Assembly: GCA_944389275.1 (NCBI GenBank)
Contig: CALXLT010000039.1
Location: 1,493-65,492, forward strand
Direction of reading: 5' to 3'
DNA from: an uncultured Spirochaetaceae bacterium
Lineage (GTDB): Bacteria > Spirochaetota > Spirochaetia > Sphaerochaetales > Sphaerochaetaceae
DNA length: 64,000 nucleotides
Of the stretch, positions 1-10,034 are shown in pieces; position 1 is the first letter of the stretch, and the number at the start of each line of letters is the position of its first letter. Made by a program: the position numbers and the translations under genes. The notes under the pieces were generated by a model. It did not search any database and had not been told where the DNA came from. It was given only the letters and a program-made list of their open reading frames with translations.

Positions 1-606
1 CGGCGGGAAACCCTCGATGAGGGTACTTATGAACGAGACCGCCTGCGAGAAGAAGATGATATAAAGGGAAGTGAGGGCTGCCGTCTTGCTGTCCATGCTG
101 AAGAAGAACGACAGGAGCATTATGTTTATCGGTCCGCCGCCGATGCCAAGGAAAGACGAGAGGACTCCCAGCAGCAGGCCTAGAAGCGTGGATGCCGCTG
201 GATTCATGACGTTGAGGGTATGGATACGGGACTTGAGAAGAACATAGAAGAGGACCATCAGCGTGAGGACCACCATCACTATGTTCTGCACAAGCGATAC
301 AAGCGAGGGATCGGACGCGCCCTCTGCGACAAGGGAGAAGAGCATCTTGCCCAATAGACCGCCAACAGCACCGCCTATCGCGAGGAACGTCCCTCTCCTG
401 TCCACCTTCGTCTCTCCCCCGCGGCTTCGGAGAAGCGACACAATCGTCATCGTCAGCACCGTGGTCCCGGAAAGGAAGCTGATCGTCGATGCGGAAAGAT
501 CAAGTATGGCATCCATGACAGGCTTTATGATCACGCCTCCGCCTATTCCACTTATGGATCCAAGTATGGTAGCAATAAATGCAGTGATAACAACAATGAC
601 AGTCAT
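1..606 (-). CDS. TauE/SafE (DUF81) family anion-exporter membrane protein, C-terminal part cut by window edge
   Basis: Absent from the ORF track because there is no stop in the window. Minus-strand translation from ATG at 606 gives [32 protein letters not shown]... with a second [13 protein letters not shown] motif and several TM segments. The plus-strand ORF 263..625 is its antisense shadow. Confidence 0.6.
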   Translation of the reverse strand, partial: MTVIVVITAFIATILGSISGIGGGVIIKPVMDAILDLSASTISFLSGTTVLTMTIVSLLRSRGGETKVDRRGTFLAIGGAVGGLLGKMLFSLVAEGASDPSLVSLVQNIVMVVLTLMVLFYVLLKSRIHTLNVMNPAASTLLGLLLGVLSSFLGIGGGPINIMLLSFFFSMDSKTAALTSLYIIFFSQAVSFISTLIEGFPP

Positions 607-672
607 AAAGCCTCCCTTCCCCTGATACTACCACATATGGCAAAGAGGTGCGACAGGCCTTATCATAATCGT

Positions 673-1161
673 ATGGTAAGGATAATTTCCGGTGACATTA
701 CAAAGCTGCATGTCGATGCTATAGCCAATGCCGCGAACACGACGCTGCTTGGGGGCAGAGGCGTTGATGGAGCCATCCACCGGGCCGCGGGGAAAGGGTT
801 ATTGGAGGAATGCCGGACGCTTGGCGGATGCGCGACAGGGGACGCGAAGCTGACGAAAGGATATGATCTGCCTGCCAGGTATGTCATACACACGCCCGGC
901 CCCGTCTGGCGCGGCGGAGGCCATGGCGAGGAAGAGCTCCTGAGAAGCTGCTACCGAAGATCATTGGAGGTAGCCCGCGAGCATGGCGTCTGGACCATGG
1001 CATTTCCCCTCATAAGCGCCGGCGTCTATGGCTATCCGAAGCGCGACGCGATAAGAATAGCCCTGGAGGAGCTTTCCAGGGCTGATGGCATCGACACGAT
1101 CCTCTGTTGCTATACAGACGCGGACAAGGCTCTTGCCGATGAAGTCATGGGAGAACTCTGA
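673..1161 (+). CDS. Macro-domain protein (O-acetyl-ADP-ribose deacetylase, YmdB-like)
   Basis: ORF 637..1161. [39 protein letters not shown] is the canonical macro-domain N-terminus. Met13 (673) is preferred as the start from the usual family N-terminus. Confidence 0.85.
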   Translation: MVRIISGDITKLHVDAIANAANTTLLGGRGVDGAIHRAAGKGLLEECRTLGGCATGDAKLTKGYDLPARYVIHTPGPVWRGGGHGEEELLRSCYRRSLEVAREHGVWTMAFPLISAGVYGYPKRDAIRIALEELSRADGIDTILCCYTDADKALADEVMGEL

Positions 1162-2679
1162 TCAGTTCTCGTCGGCAAGGGGGAACTCCTTCTCAAGGAA
1201 CTCCAGGTCTAGCTCAGGATAAAGCAGGAAGCGGTCAAGGAGGGCCTGCACCCTATTCCTGGCCTCATCCATGATCTCCTTAGGGGCCTCGGCCTTGTTC
1301 TTCGAGAGCTCTCCTGCCCTCTCTCCCTTCGTAAGGAGCTTCGGCTTGGCATTCCTGAGCACCATGGCGATTATCGAGGCGATCTCCTTCATCTCCGTCT
1401 CCCCCATCCCAAGCGTGGTGACAGCAGGCGTCCCGATCCTGAGCCCTGACGTGTACCAAGGTCCATTCGGATCGAACGGGAGCGCGTTGCGGTTAAGCGT
1501 TATGCCGGCATCCCTCATGAGGCTCTCCGCCTGCCTGCCATTGAGGCCGAAGGAGCGCACGTCAAGCAGCATGAGGTGGTTATCGGTCCCATCCGTGGCG
1601 ACCTTTATGCCCTCAGCCATGCAGGCTGAGGCAAGCGCGCGGGCATTCTCCACGATTTTCCTGGCGTAGCCACGGAAGCTATCCTTCTCAGCTTCCCTGA
1701 ACGCGATGGCCTTGGCGGCCATCATGTGCGGAAGAGGCCCGCCGATGACAAGCGGACAGCCCTTATCCACGGACTCAGCGAACTCCGCCTTGCAGAGTAT
1801 CATGCCGCCGCGCGGTCCCCTGAGCGTCTTATGCGTCGTTGTCGTCACGACATCAGCCCACCTGACGGGATCATAGTCTCCGGTGAACACCTTGCCGGCT
1901 ACAAGGCCAGCGAAGTGGGCCATGTCGACCATGAAGACAGCTCCGACGGAATGCGCTATATCAGCCATGCGATGGAAGTCTATCGCCCTTGGATACGCGG
2001 AGTACCCCGCGAGGAGGATCAGAGGCCTTACCTCCTTAGCCTGCCTCTCTATGGCATCATAATCGAGAAGCCCGGTCTTCTCATCGACCGAATATGAATA
2101 GGCATCGAACATCTGCGCAGAGACATTCTGCCTATAGCCATGTGTGAGATGGCCGCCGGAATAGTAATCAAGGCCGAGTATGCGCTGGTCATGCAGCGCC
2201 TCCCTCAGCTTGTTCCATTCCTCACGGGACATCGCGGAAGGATTGGTTATGCCTATTTCCTCAAGCTTCGGCATCTCTATGCGGGTATTGAGGATAGCCC
2301 AGTATGCGCACAGGTTCGCGTCAGCGCCTGAATGGGGTTGGACATACGCGTGCTCAGCGCCGAAGAGCCTCTTGGCGCTCTCCACAGCCTCATCCTCTAT
2401 CGCATCGACATTGTCGCATCCGGCGTAGAACCTATGATGAGGGAATCCCTCTGAATACTTATCGGTGAGCAGGTTGCCCATCGCAGCCTGGACAGAAAGG
2501 GATGAGAAGTTCTCGCTCGCTATGAGCTTGAGATGGGATCTCTGGTCCCTGAGCTCCTGCACGATCCTTCCCGCAACGGATGGGGAGACCCTTCTGACAA
2601 GCTCAAGAGACGACACGTACATGCACATCTCCATCGTTATGCCGCTATTGCTTCTGATATATTCCTCAAGTGCGCCCAT
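1162..2679 (-). CDS. glyA: Serine hydroxymethyltransferase, long form (505 aa)
   Basis: LIASENFSS and THKTLRGPRGG (PLP-lysine) motifs. Has an internal insertion relative to ~415-aa SHMTs. GGAGGA lies 4 nt upstream of ATG 2679. Confidence 0.9.
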   Translation of the reverse strand: MGALEEYIRSNSGITMEMCMYVSSLELVRRVSPSVAGRIVQELRDQRSHLKLIASENFSSLSVQAAMGNLLTDKYSEGFPHHRFYAGCDNVDAIEDEAVESAKRLFGAEHAYVQPHSGADANLCAYWAILNTRIEMPKLEEIGITNPSAMSREEWNKLREALHDQRILGLDYYSGGHLTHGYRQNVSAQMFDAYSYSVDEKTGLLDYDAIERQAKEVRPLILLAGYSAYPRAIDFHRMADIAHSVGAVFMVDMAHFAGLVAGKVFTGDYDPVRWADVVTTTTHKTLRGPRGGMILCKAEFAESVDKGCPLVIGGPLPHMMAAKAIAFREAEKDSFRGYARKIVENARALASACMAEGIKVATDGTDNHLMLLDVRSFGLNGRQAESLMRDAGITLNRNALPFDPNGPWYTSGLRIGTPAVTTLGMGETEMKEIASIIAMVLRNAKPKLLTKGERAGELSKNKAEAPKEIMDEARNRVQALLDRFLLYPELDLEFLEKEFPLADEN

Positions 2680-2751
2680 ATTATCCTCCGACTAGGAAAG
2701 GATGCTACAATCCGCCTTTAGAATCAACACTGTAAGGGCAATTTGCCGCAA

Positions 2752-2780
2752 TTGACAGATTCAGGCTGCATATATAGACT
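2752..2780 (+). promoter_or_regulatory. Candidate sigma70-type promoter for infA
   Basis: TTGACA (2752-2757), 17-nt spacer, TAGACT (2775-2780). AGGAGA SD lies before ATG 2805. Confidence 0.35.
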
Positions 2781-2804
2781 GTTCAAGGTTTTATAGGAGA
2801 AGCA

Positions 2805-3035
2805 ATGGCTAAGGAAGAAGCAATTGAGGTAGAGGGAGTCGTAAAGGAAGCCCTCCCTAATACGATGTTCCGCGTTGAGCTTATATCGAATACGCCGAAC
2901 AAGATAGTGATCCTCGCGCACCTGTCCGGCAAGATGAGGAAGCATTATATCAGGATCGTGCCAGGCGACACCGTGAAGGTAGAGCTCTCACCGTACGACC
3001 TGACCAAGGGCAGGATCGTTTACCGCGAGCGCTAG
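2805..3035 (+). CDS. infA: Translation initiation factor IF-1
   Basis: [26 protein letters not shown]...[36 protein letters not shown], an S1-like IF-1 signature. Confidence 0.95.
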   Translation: MAKEEAIEVEGVVKEALPNTMFRVELISNTPNKIVILAHLSGKMRKHYIRIVPGDTVKVELSPYDLTKGRIVYRER

Positions 3036-4411
3036 GCCTTAAGGATTATCCAGAGCGCGCCGGATCCTCCTGCGGATAGCGGTGCGCTGGCCTTCTCGCT
3101 CACAAGCCCGGATTCATCAAGCACTGCCTGGACAGTGGACTTAAGCACACCGACTCCGTCCTCGCTATGGAGTCCCTTTCCCGTTATTATCGATATCTTC
3201 CTTATACCGTTATCGTGGCACTCTGAAAGGAATGACCTTACCGCGTTCTCAGCTTCCTTTGCGGTATAGCCATGAAGGTCAAGCGTGCTCTGGGGAGGCA
3301 TCGTGCGAAGGCGCGAGAGCGTGAGCGTCTCCTTCCTCTTCTCATCATCGCCCTTCTCCTTCAGATACTCATCGAAGGTCTTCACCTTCTCAGGCTCCCT
3401 GGCATACTTCTCGAGGATATCGCCGAAAGAGGAGGATGGCGCATAATGGCTGGCCTTAGTCTCAGCAGGCTGAGAGCCCTTCTCCACTGACCTCTCAGCC
3501 TCAGGCCTGACGAAATTCTCGTTGCGGCCGCCGAACACGGACCAAGAGACATCATCAGAGGTCTTCTCATCCTTGTCAGGCGTCCTGAAAAGGCTCTCTG
3601 AGAGAATAGGCTCCTTCTCCTCCTCCCTGCGTTCCGGAAGGATCTCGCTCTTCTGGACAACGCCCTTGCCTTCATAGCTATTGAGGATATCGCTGAAGGA
3701 CTTTGTCGGATGATACTTGGCCTTCTTCGCATCACGCGGCCTCGCTGCCTCCCTCTTGGGCTCTTCCTTTGCAGGCTCTGGACGCACAAAGCCCTCGTTG
3801 CGGCCGCCGAATATGGACCAGGAAGCGGAAGATGCAACGCTCTCCCCATCCTCGGCCTTGCGGAAAAGGCTCTCCGAAAGAGGCTTATCAACGTCACCAG
3901 GCACTGCGGCCTTTGACTCCGCGGCCTTCCCCTCATCCACCACAGCCTTGGGCTTCTTTCCCTCAAAGGAATCGAGGATATCGGCAAATGAGCGGGACGG
4001 GGTGTATGTGCTCTTGGCTGTCTCCTTTGCAGGCCTTGCCTTTGGCTTCTGCGAGCTCTTTCCTTCCCATTTGTCGAGGATGGCCCCGAAGTCCATCGAG
4101 CCTGCCTTTATCTTCCCCTTTGACGGGGATGGCATGGAATATGGATTGCCAGTATGCTCATATGAATAAAGGATATCGGCAAAGGATGATGACGGATCAT
4201 AGCCCTGCACGATCTCGGAGGGCTTCTTCCTCTCAGGTTTGACCTGAAGCTTTGCGCGCTTCATCTCCTCCTTCTTCTCGACAAGCTTTATCGAGGCGAA
4301 TGGGGAGATATCCCTATCATCATCAATAAGGCGGCGCTTGAGATCCGCCGCCGTGCTCTTCTTCTTTCTCGACACCTCAGACTTCCCTGATATCCAGAAC
4401 CTCTGACACAA
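3032..4411 (-). CDS. Smr-domain protein with repetitive N-terminal region
   Basis: C-terminal [15 protein letters not shown]...ITGKGLHS Smr domain. N-terminal 350 aa is charged and repetitive (S-F-x-D-I-L motif x4, SWS[IV]FGGRNExFVRPE x2). Confidence 0.8.
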   Translation of the reverse strand: MCQRFWISGKSEVSRKKKSTAADLKRRLIDDDRDISPFASIKLVEKKEEMKRAKLQVKPERKKPSEIVQGYDPSSSFADILYSYEHTGNPYSMPSPSKGKIKAGSMDFGAILDKWEGKSSQKPKARPAKETAKSTYTPSRSFADILDSFEGKKPKAVVDEGKAAESKAAVPGDVDKPLSESLFRKAEDGESVASSASWSIFGGRNEGFVRPEPAKEEPKREAARPRDAKKAKYHPTKSFSDILNSYEGKGVVQKSEILPERREEEKEPILSESLFRTPDKDEKTSDDVSWSVFGGRNENFVRPEAERSVEKGSQPAETKASHYAPSSSFGDILEKYAREPEKVKTFDEYLKEKGDDEKRKETLTLSRLRTMPPQSTLDLHGYTAKEAENAVRSFLSECHDNGIRKISIITGKGLHSEDGVGVLKSTVQAVLDESGLVSEKASAPLSAGGSGALWIILKA

Positions 4412-5024
4412 ATGGCTTCATCAGAGACAGAAGCTCGTCCTTAGTGCACCCCTGCACCTTTATCGTGCAGATGGCATTGGTAGGATCAGTGCCCGTGAAC
4501 GTGCCGAACGACACGATATCAAGACCCTTGTCAGCAAGCGCCTGGCTGATCCTCGCGATCGTCCCTGGCTTATCCTCGACAAGGAAGGACATCCTGACGC
4601 CATAGTGCCTCGCACCAAAAAGCTCGAGAAGGATACGGAACATATCGCTCTTGCTCACGATTCCGACAAGCTTGCCGGATGCGTTGATGACAGGCAGGCA
4701 GGAAAGGTCCTGATCGACCATGAGCCTTGCGGCCTCCTCGACAGTCGTGTCCTCGGTGATCGTGACGACATCCCGCGTCATCAGGTCCTTGACCTTGAGC
4801 TTTGACAGGAGATACGCCATCTCATGGATGGAGAGGCTTGTTGCCGGAGATGGGGAGGCATAGAGCACATCCTTCTCCGTTATGACTCCTACAAGGTTCT
4901 TGTTCTTGTCAAGGACAGGAAGGCGATGCACCTTCTCGCGCCTCATCAGATCCGACGCTTCCCCGACTGACATATCAGGGGTAGCCGTAACAGGATTGCG
5001 TGTCATCCTTCTTGCTATGATCAT
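4377..5024 (-). CDS. CBS-pair plus ACT-like domain protein (AcuB-like)
   Basis: ORF 4377..5102. MIIARRMTRNPVTATPDMSVGEA...HRLPVLD and a second CBS repeat (LMTRDVVTI...CLPVI). AAAGGAGG lies 6 nt before ATG 5024. Confidence 0.8.
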   Translation of the reverse strand: MIIARRMTRNPVTATPDMSVGEASDLMRREKVHRLPVLDKNKNLVGVITEKDVLYASPSPATSLSIHEMAYLLSKLKVKDLMTRDVVTITEDTTVEEAARLMVDQDLSCLPVINASGKLVGIVSKSDMFRILLELFGARHYGVRMSFLVEDKPGTIARISQALADKGLDIVSFGTFTGTDPTNAICTIKVQGCTKDELLSLMKPFVSEVLDIREV

Positions 5025-5205
5025 CCAATGCCTCCTTTCTCTGATGATGAACGCCCCTCTATTGCAGAGGACCAGGCTCCCGGCCAGTGCATATGCGTTC
5101 AACAGACGTGCAGGGAGATGCCCTGCAAGCAGCTTTCCTACATCATATCATACGATTCATCTCCATCCTATAGAGGAATGAAGCCTTATCGCCATTATTT
5201 AAGCA

Positions 5206-5937
5206 TCAAGCGCCAAGATATGCCTTCTGCACGCGCTCGTTGTTCAGCAGGTTCTCACCCTTGTCCGCGAGCACGATCCTGCCGTTCTCGATGACATAGC
5301 CATAGCTGGATGTCTTGAGGGCGAGCTTGGCGTTCTGCTCAACAAGGAACACCGTGACCTTGTTCTCCTCGTTGATGATCCTAATCTTGTTGAAGATATC
5401 CTGCACGACAAGGGGAGCCAGTCCAAGGCCGGGCTCATCAAGCAGCAGGAGGCGCGGGGAGGACATGAGCGCACGGGCTATGGCCATCATCTGCTGCTCA
5501 CCGCCGGAGAGTGACCTGGTCTTCTGCTTACGCCTGATGCCGAGGATCGGGAAGAAGTCATACATCTCCGCCTTCCTCTTCTCGATCAGGGCCTGGTCGC
5601 GTACCATGAACGCGCCCATGTCGAGGTTCTCCTCCACGGTCATGTCAGCAAAGACATGGCGGCCTTCCGGGACGAGGGCTATGCGCCTCTTGACTATCTG
5701 GTCAGTCGAGAGCTTCTGATGCTTTGCCTGGCATATCGTCTCGCCATCGAACGCGATCGTGCCATCCGAGAGCGGCACAAGGCCGACGATGGCATTGAGC
5801 AGCGTGGACTTCCCTGCCCCGTTGGCGCCGATCAGCGATACTATATCACCCTCGCTGACAGTCATCGATACATCGGAAAGGGCCCTGATGTTGCCATACG
5901 CCACCGATATCTTATCTATCTTGAGGATCTCCATCAC
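5206..5937 (-). CDS. livF: Branched-chain amino acid ABC transporter ATP-binding protein LivF
   Basis: Walker A GANGAGKST, signature LSGGEQQM, Walker B LLLLDEP. Last gene of the liv operon. Confidence 0.9.
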   Translation of the reverse strand: MMEILKIDKISVAYGNIRALSDVSMTVSEGDIVSLIGANGAGKSTLLNAIVGLVPLSDGTIAFDGETICQAKHQKLSTDQIVKRRIALVPEGRHVFADMTVEENLDMGAFMVRDQALIEKRKAEMYDFFPILGIRRKQKTRSLSGGEQQMMAIARALMSSPRLLLLDEPGLGLAPLVVQDIFNKIRIINEENKVTVFLVEQNAKLALKTSSYGYVIENGRIVLADKGENLLNNERVQKAYLGA

Positions 5938-6713
5938 TCTTCCTCCTTTCCGAGATAGGCCTCGATGACGGCCTTGTCCTGCTTTATCGCCTGAGGCGTG
6001 CCTTCCGCGATCTTCGTGCCGAAGTTGAGTACGGTTATCTGGTCGCAGATATTCATCACGAGCTTCATGTCATGCTCGATGAGCACTACAGTCACGCCCA
6101 GGGACCTGATCTTATCCACGACCTCCATCAAGTGCTCCGTCTCCGCCGGATTCATTCCGGCAGCAGGTTCATCGAGGAAGAGCAGCTTCGGATCCGCGGC
6201 AAGCGCGCGGGCTATCTCAAGCTCCCTCTGCATGCCGTACGGGAGGCTCCTGGCGAAATCCTGCGCGTGGCTGTCCAGATCGAAGAACCTCAGCCATTCC
6301 ATGGCCTTGCCATATACTTCCCTGTTCTCGCGCTGGGCGAAGGCATAGCTCTTGAGAGCCTGGAGGAAGCGGCCGTGGAAAGGATCCTTGCCGACCTTGA
6401 AGTGAAGCCCGGTCATCACGTTCTCAACAACGGTCAGCTCCTTATAGAGCCTTATGTTCTGGAACGTCCTGGCGATGCCGAGGCGGCTGACCTTCCAAGC
6501 AGGGAATCCCGTTATGTCCTGGCCATCGAATATGATGTTGCCCCTTGTTGGCTTATCCACGCCCGTGATCTGGTTGAAGAGCGTTGTCTTGCCAGCTCCG
6601 TTAGGCCCGATAAGCCCGGTCACGAGGCCCTTCTCGACATTGAAGCTCACATCGTTCACGGCAATGACGCCGCCGAACTCACGGGTAAGATGCTCAGTGC
6701 TAAGAAGCCTCAT
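5934..6713 (-). CDS. livG: Branched-chain amino acid ABC transporter ATP-binding protein LivG
   Basis: GPNGAGKTT, LPYGMQRELEIARAL, LLFLDEPAAGMNP. 4-nt overlap with livF. Confidence 0.9.
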   Translation of the reverse strand: MRLLSTEHLTREFGGVIAVNDVSFNVEKGLVTGLIGPNGAGKTTLFNQITGVDKPTRGNIIFDGQDITGFPAWKVSRLGIARTFQNIRLYKELTVVENVMTGLHFKVGKDPFHGRFLQALKSYAFAQRENREVYGKAMEWLRFFDLDSHAQDFARSLPYGMQRELEIARALAADPKLLFLDEPAAGMNPAETEHLMEVVDKIRSLGVTVVLIEHDMKLVMNICDQITVLNFGTKIAEGTPQAIKQDKAVIEAYLGKEEE

Positions 6714-7645
6714 CTCTCACCTCCCTTCTTCCTTGGCTGGAATGCCGCCGCTATCTTCTGCCTCATCGTGCGGGGATCGCCATAGCGGTACTTGTCGCGG
6801 CCGAGAAGCCCCTGCGGCCTCCAGATCATCATCACGACGAGTATAAGGCCGAAGATCATCTGGTTCGCCTGAGGCGGTATGATGTTCGTCAGGCCCGTAA
6901 GCTGCTGGAAGTATGAGATGAACTGGATTATGAACGCTCCAAGGATAACGGCCTTCGCGTTACCCATTCCTCCAAGGACTACGGTGCAGAGCACCATCAC
7001 CGATACCATGAACGTATAGGAGGACGGGCTTACCGTCAGCGTATACGCTGTCTGGAAGCATCCTGCGATGCCGCCGATCGCGGCGCCGAGCACGAACGAG
7101 CTTATCTTGTACTTCGTGACATTGATACCGTTGGACTGGGCCGCGACCTCATCCTCCCTGATAGCTGTCATCGCGCGTCCGAGCCTGGAATGCGCGAGCT
7201 GCTGGAAGAGGATGTAGAAGATAAGCACGAACGCCCATATCAGGATGATGAACGCTCCCTTGTTGCGGGACGCGAACTGATAGCCGAAAAGGGACGCGCG
7301 CGGGATGCTCGTGATGCCGACAGGGTTGATATTCGTCGCTATGTTGCGGATTATCTCGCCAAGCCCGAGCGTGGCGATGCAGAGATAGTCTCCCTTGAGC
7401 CTGAGCGTCGGGACTCCGATCAGGAAGCCGACAAACCCCGCGACCAGAGCCGCGACAGGCAGCGAGAGCCAGAAAGAAAGCCCAAACACCTTGCACATGA
7501 TGGCCGTGGCGTAGCTTCCGATGCAGAAGAATCCGGCATGGCAGAGCGAGAGCATGCCAGTGGAGCCTGTGATGCAGTTCTGCCCGATCGCCATAAGCGC
7601 GTAGACGCCGGAATAGATAAGGATGAGCATGAAGAAGTTAAGCAT
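6710..7645 (-). CDS. livM: Branched-chain amino acid ABC transporter permease LivM
   Basis: ORF 6710..7705. Polytopic membrane protein. Start moved to ATG 7645 (MLNFFMLILIYSG), 1 nt after the livH stop, with a GGGAGAAGG SD. Confidence 0.85.
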   Translation of the reverse strand: MLNFFMLILIYSGVYALMAIGQNCITGSTGMLSLCHAGFFCIGSYATAIMCKVFGLSFWLSLPVAALVAGFVGFLIGVPTLRLKGDYLCIATLGLGEIIRNIATNINPVGITSIPRASLFGYQFASRNKGAFIILIWAFVLIFYILFQQLAHSRLGRAMTAIREDEVAAQSNGINVTKYKISSFVLGAAIGGIAGCFQTAYTLTVSPSSYTFMVSVMVLCTVVLGGMGNAKAVILGAFIIQFISYFQQLTGLTNIIPPQANQMIFGLILVVMMIWRPQGLLGRDKYRYGDPRTMRQKIAAAFQPRKKGGER

Positions 7646-7646
7646 A

Positions 7647-8567
7647 TCAGACCTTCTCCCTCTCGTTCTTTCCGAGTATTCCCTCCGGACGGAGCAGGAG
7701 GACAATGATGAGAACAGCGAAGGCGACAGTGTCCTTCAGGCCGTTCGGGATATGCAGAAGAGGAGCGCCTACAGCCTCGAGTATCCCAAGGAGGATCCCT
7801 CCTATCATGGCGCCCGGGATCGAGCCTATCCCTCCGATTACGGCAGCGACGAATGCCTTGAGGCCCGTCATGGTGCCCATCGATGGATAGACGCGGAAAT
7901 CAAAGGCCGCGAGGATGCCGCCAACTGCAGCGAGGGCTGAGCCGATCGCGAACGTGAGTGATATGACGCGGTTGACGTTTATGCCCATCAGCGCGCTTGT
8001 CGGCTGATCGAGCGAGGTTGCGCGCATTGCCTTCCCCATCCTCGTCTTGTTGACGAAGAACGCAAGGAGCACCATCATCACGACGGACACGACGAGCATG
8101 AGGATCTGATGCGGCGTTATGGATATCCCGCCAAATGTGATCGGGGTATTGTCAAAAGGATATGGGAAGCGGCGTGACTGCGTTCCGAAGATCCACGCAG
8201 CGCCGTTCGATAGTATGAAGGACACTCCGATTGCCGAGAGCAGAGGAGCGAGCCTGTTCGCGTTCCTCAGCGGCTTGTACGCCACACGCTCTATGAACAT
8301 GCCGAGAAGCGCGGAGAGCACCATGCTGACGATCATCGCGATGAAGAAGGCGGCCATCATCCATACAGGGGATGTGGATGTGCCGAGAAGCGCCTCATAT
8401 ACGATAAGGCCGATGAACGCGCCGACCATGAGGATGTCGCCATGTGCAAAGTTGATGAATTTCAATATTCCGTACACCATCGTATAGCCCAGGGCGATAA
8501 GCGAGTAGATAGCCCCGAGCGTAAGGCCATTGACGATGTACTGGATATACAGTGTGAGAGTAGCCAC
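7647..8567 (-). CDS. livH: Branched-chain amino acid ABC transporter permease LivH
   Basis: MATLTLYIQYIVNGLTLGAIYSLIALGYTMVYG..., the typical LivH N-terminus. Polytopic. Confidence 0.9.
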   Translation of the reverse strand: MATLTLYIQYIVNGLTLGAIYSLIALGYTMVYGILKFINFAHGDILMVGAFIGLIVYEALLGTSTSPVWMMAAFFIAMIVSMVLSALLGMFIERVAYKPLRNANRLAPLLSAIGVSFILSNGAAWIFGTQSRRFPYPFDNTPITFGGISITPHQILMLVVSVVMMVLLAFFVNKTRMGKAMRATSLDQPTSALMGINVNRVISLTFAIGSALAAVGGILAAFDFRVYPSMGTMTGLKAFVAAVIGGIGSIPGAMIGGILLGILEAVGAPLLHIPNGLKDTVAFAVLIIVLLLRPEGILGKNEREKV

Positions 8568-8639
8568 TGAAAGGCCTCCGTTATGAATTCAGACAGAGCT
8601 GCCGGGATCGCCCCGGCAGACTCTCTCTTTGTCTATTGT

Positions 8640-9824
8640 TCAGTCGACCTGTACGATATGGTTATCAACGACCTGGAAGGATCCGACATATACAGGTGTC
8701 GTGCCCTCTACATCATACACGCCCTGGCTGGCGACAAGGTCGCCGTTTGCCGCGAAGTTGATTGTGCCGTTAGCGCCGAGGAAGTCCTTGGTGGCAGCGA
8801 CCTCATCACGTACAGCCTTGGTGTCGGCAGAGCCCGCGCGCTCGATAGCGGCAGCGATGATGTATGTGGCATCATAGCTGTTCGTGGCGAATGAGTCAGG
8901 GGCGTCACCGTTGTATGCGGCAGCGTATGCGGCCTGGAAATCAGAGAGGATCGTGGAAGCCTCTGCCTGTGCAGGTCCTACATACACAACGCCATCGGTG
9001 AAGTCCGGAGCGAGGTTGTAGATCTCAGGATCGGAGAAGCCATCGCTGGAAAGGAACGGGGCGGTGATGCCGAGCTGCGCGGCCTGCTCAAGGATCTGGG
9101 CATCCTCAACGGTGTAGTTAGGGATGTAGATAGCCTCTGGGTTAGCAGCCTTGATCTGCGTGAGCTGTGTCCTGAAGTCCTTATCGCCGACCATGCATGT
9201 CTCGCTTGCGACGATCTGGCCGCCAAGGGCTGTGAATGTCTCAGCCATGCCGTTTGCCAGTCCCTGGCTGTAATCGTTCATGGCATAGAGGGAAGCGAGC
9301 TTCCTATATCCAAGCACCTCATAGAAATAATGAGCAGCGACCTCAGACTGGAGAGCGTCTGACGGAACTGTCCTGAAGACGTAGTTGAGGCCATCGGAGT
9401 TAGCGATTGGCTGCGCTGTAACGTCCTTATGCGTCGCGGATGGGGAGATCATCACGATGCCATCCTCCTGGCAGCGCTGAGCTACCGCGAGAGCCGGGCC
9501 CGTGAACACAGGTCCGATAATCGCGCATACCTCATCTGTATAAGCGAGCTTCTCATAGCTGGAAAGCGCCTTCTCAACCGTTCCCTCGCTGTTCTCAGCG
9601 ATGAGCGTGAGCTGCTTGCCGTTGATGCCGCCATCTGCGTTGATCTCATCGATGGCAAGGCGTGCCGCGTTGGAGCACCTTATTCCATAGTTTGCATTGT
9701 CGCCCGTGAGAGGTCCAATGAAACCGATCTTATATACATCACCAGAGCCTTCCTTGGCTCCGCCTGCGAAGACCCCTGCAACCGCGAAAAGGGCCACAAG
9801 GAGAACCATAGCTGCTTTTCTCAT
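8640..9824 (-). CDS. Branched-chain amino acid ABC transporter substrate-binding protein (LivJ/K-like)
   Basis: Signal peptide, then YKIGFIGPLTGDNANYG..., the periplasmic binding protein type-1 pattern. First gene of the liv operon. Confidence 0.9.
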   Translation of the reverse strand: MRKAAMVLLVALFAVAGVFAGGAKEGSGDVYKIGFIGPLTGDNANYGIRCSNAARLAIDEINADGGINGKQLTLIAENSEGTVEKALSSYEKLAYTDEVCAIIGPVFTGPALAVAQRCQEDGIVMISPSATHKDVTAQPIANSDGLNYVFRTVPSDALQSEVAAHYFYEVLGYRKLASLYAMNDYSQGLANGMAETFTALGGQIVASETCMVGDKDFRTQLTQIKAANPEAIYIPNYTVEDAQILEQAAQLGITAPFLSSDGFSDPEIYNLAPDFTDGVVYVGPAQAEASTILSDFQAAYAAAYNGDAPDSFATNSYDATYIIAAAIERAGSADTKAVRDEVAATKDFLGANGTINFAANGDLVASQGVYDVEGTTPVYVGSFQVVDNHIVQVD

Positions 9825-9866
9825 AAATCCACCTCCAATTTAGCTAGCAGGAAAATATTAACTCAC

Positions 9867-9895
9867 TGTATACAGAAAATTGTATTTTCATGCAA
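9867..9895 (-). promoter_or_regulatory. Candidate promoter of the liv operon
   Basis: On the minus strand: TTGCAT (9895-9890), 17-nt spacer, TATACA (9872-9867), about 40 nt upstream of ATG 9824, in an AT-rich divergent intergenic region. Confidence 0.35.
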
Positions 9896-10034
9896 CATCG
9901 CGACAGCCGTTTTGCAGAAGTTTCCATATGATTAAGGTCATTGAGGCTAATGGATTAGCATCAGCATCCTTAGAATATGCATACCTTTGCCCGATAATGG
10001 ACAATCCTCGCCGATCAGCCTAACATCCTAAGCC

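Noticed and set aside
263-625. 120-aa plus-strand ORF at the left edge
   Set aside because: It is the antisense shadow of a convincing minus-strand TauE/SafE membrane protein (1..606). Its composition is Pro/Ser/Thr/Arg-rich, with no motif and no SD.
3382-4242. Several 150-200-aa ORFs on both strands inside the Smr gene (3382..3987, 3703..4242, 3717..4169)
   Set aside because: These are alternative-frame products of a repetitive, purine-rich coding region. They are Arg/Ser/Pro-rich and low in complexity, and none has start-site support.
9866-9880. CodY-box-like sequence (AATTTTCTGTATACA, 11 of 15 matches to AATTTTCWGAAAATT) overlapping the liv promoter
   Set aside because: The match is partial in an AT-rich region. 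CodY is restricted to Firmicutes, and the host taxon is unknown. It is not supportable without a genome-wide motif scan.
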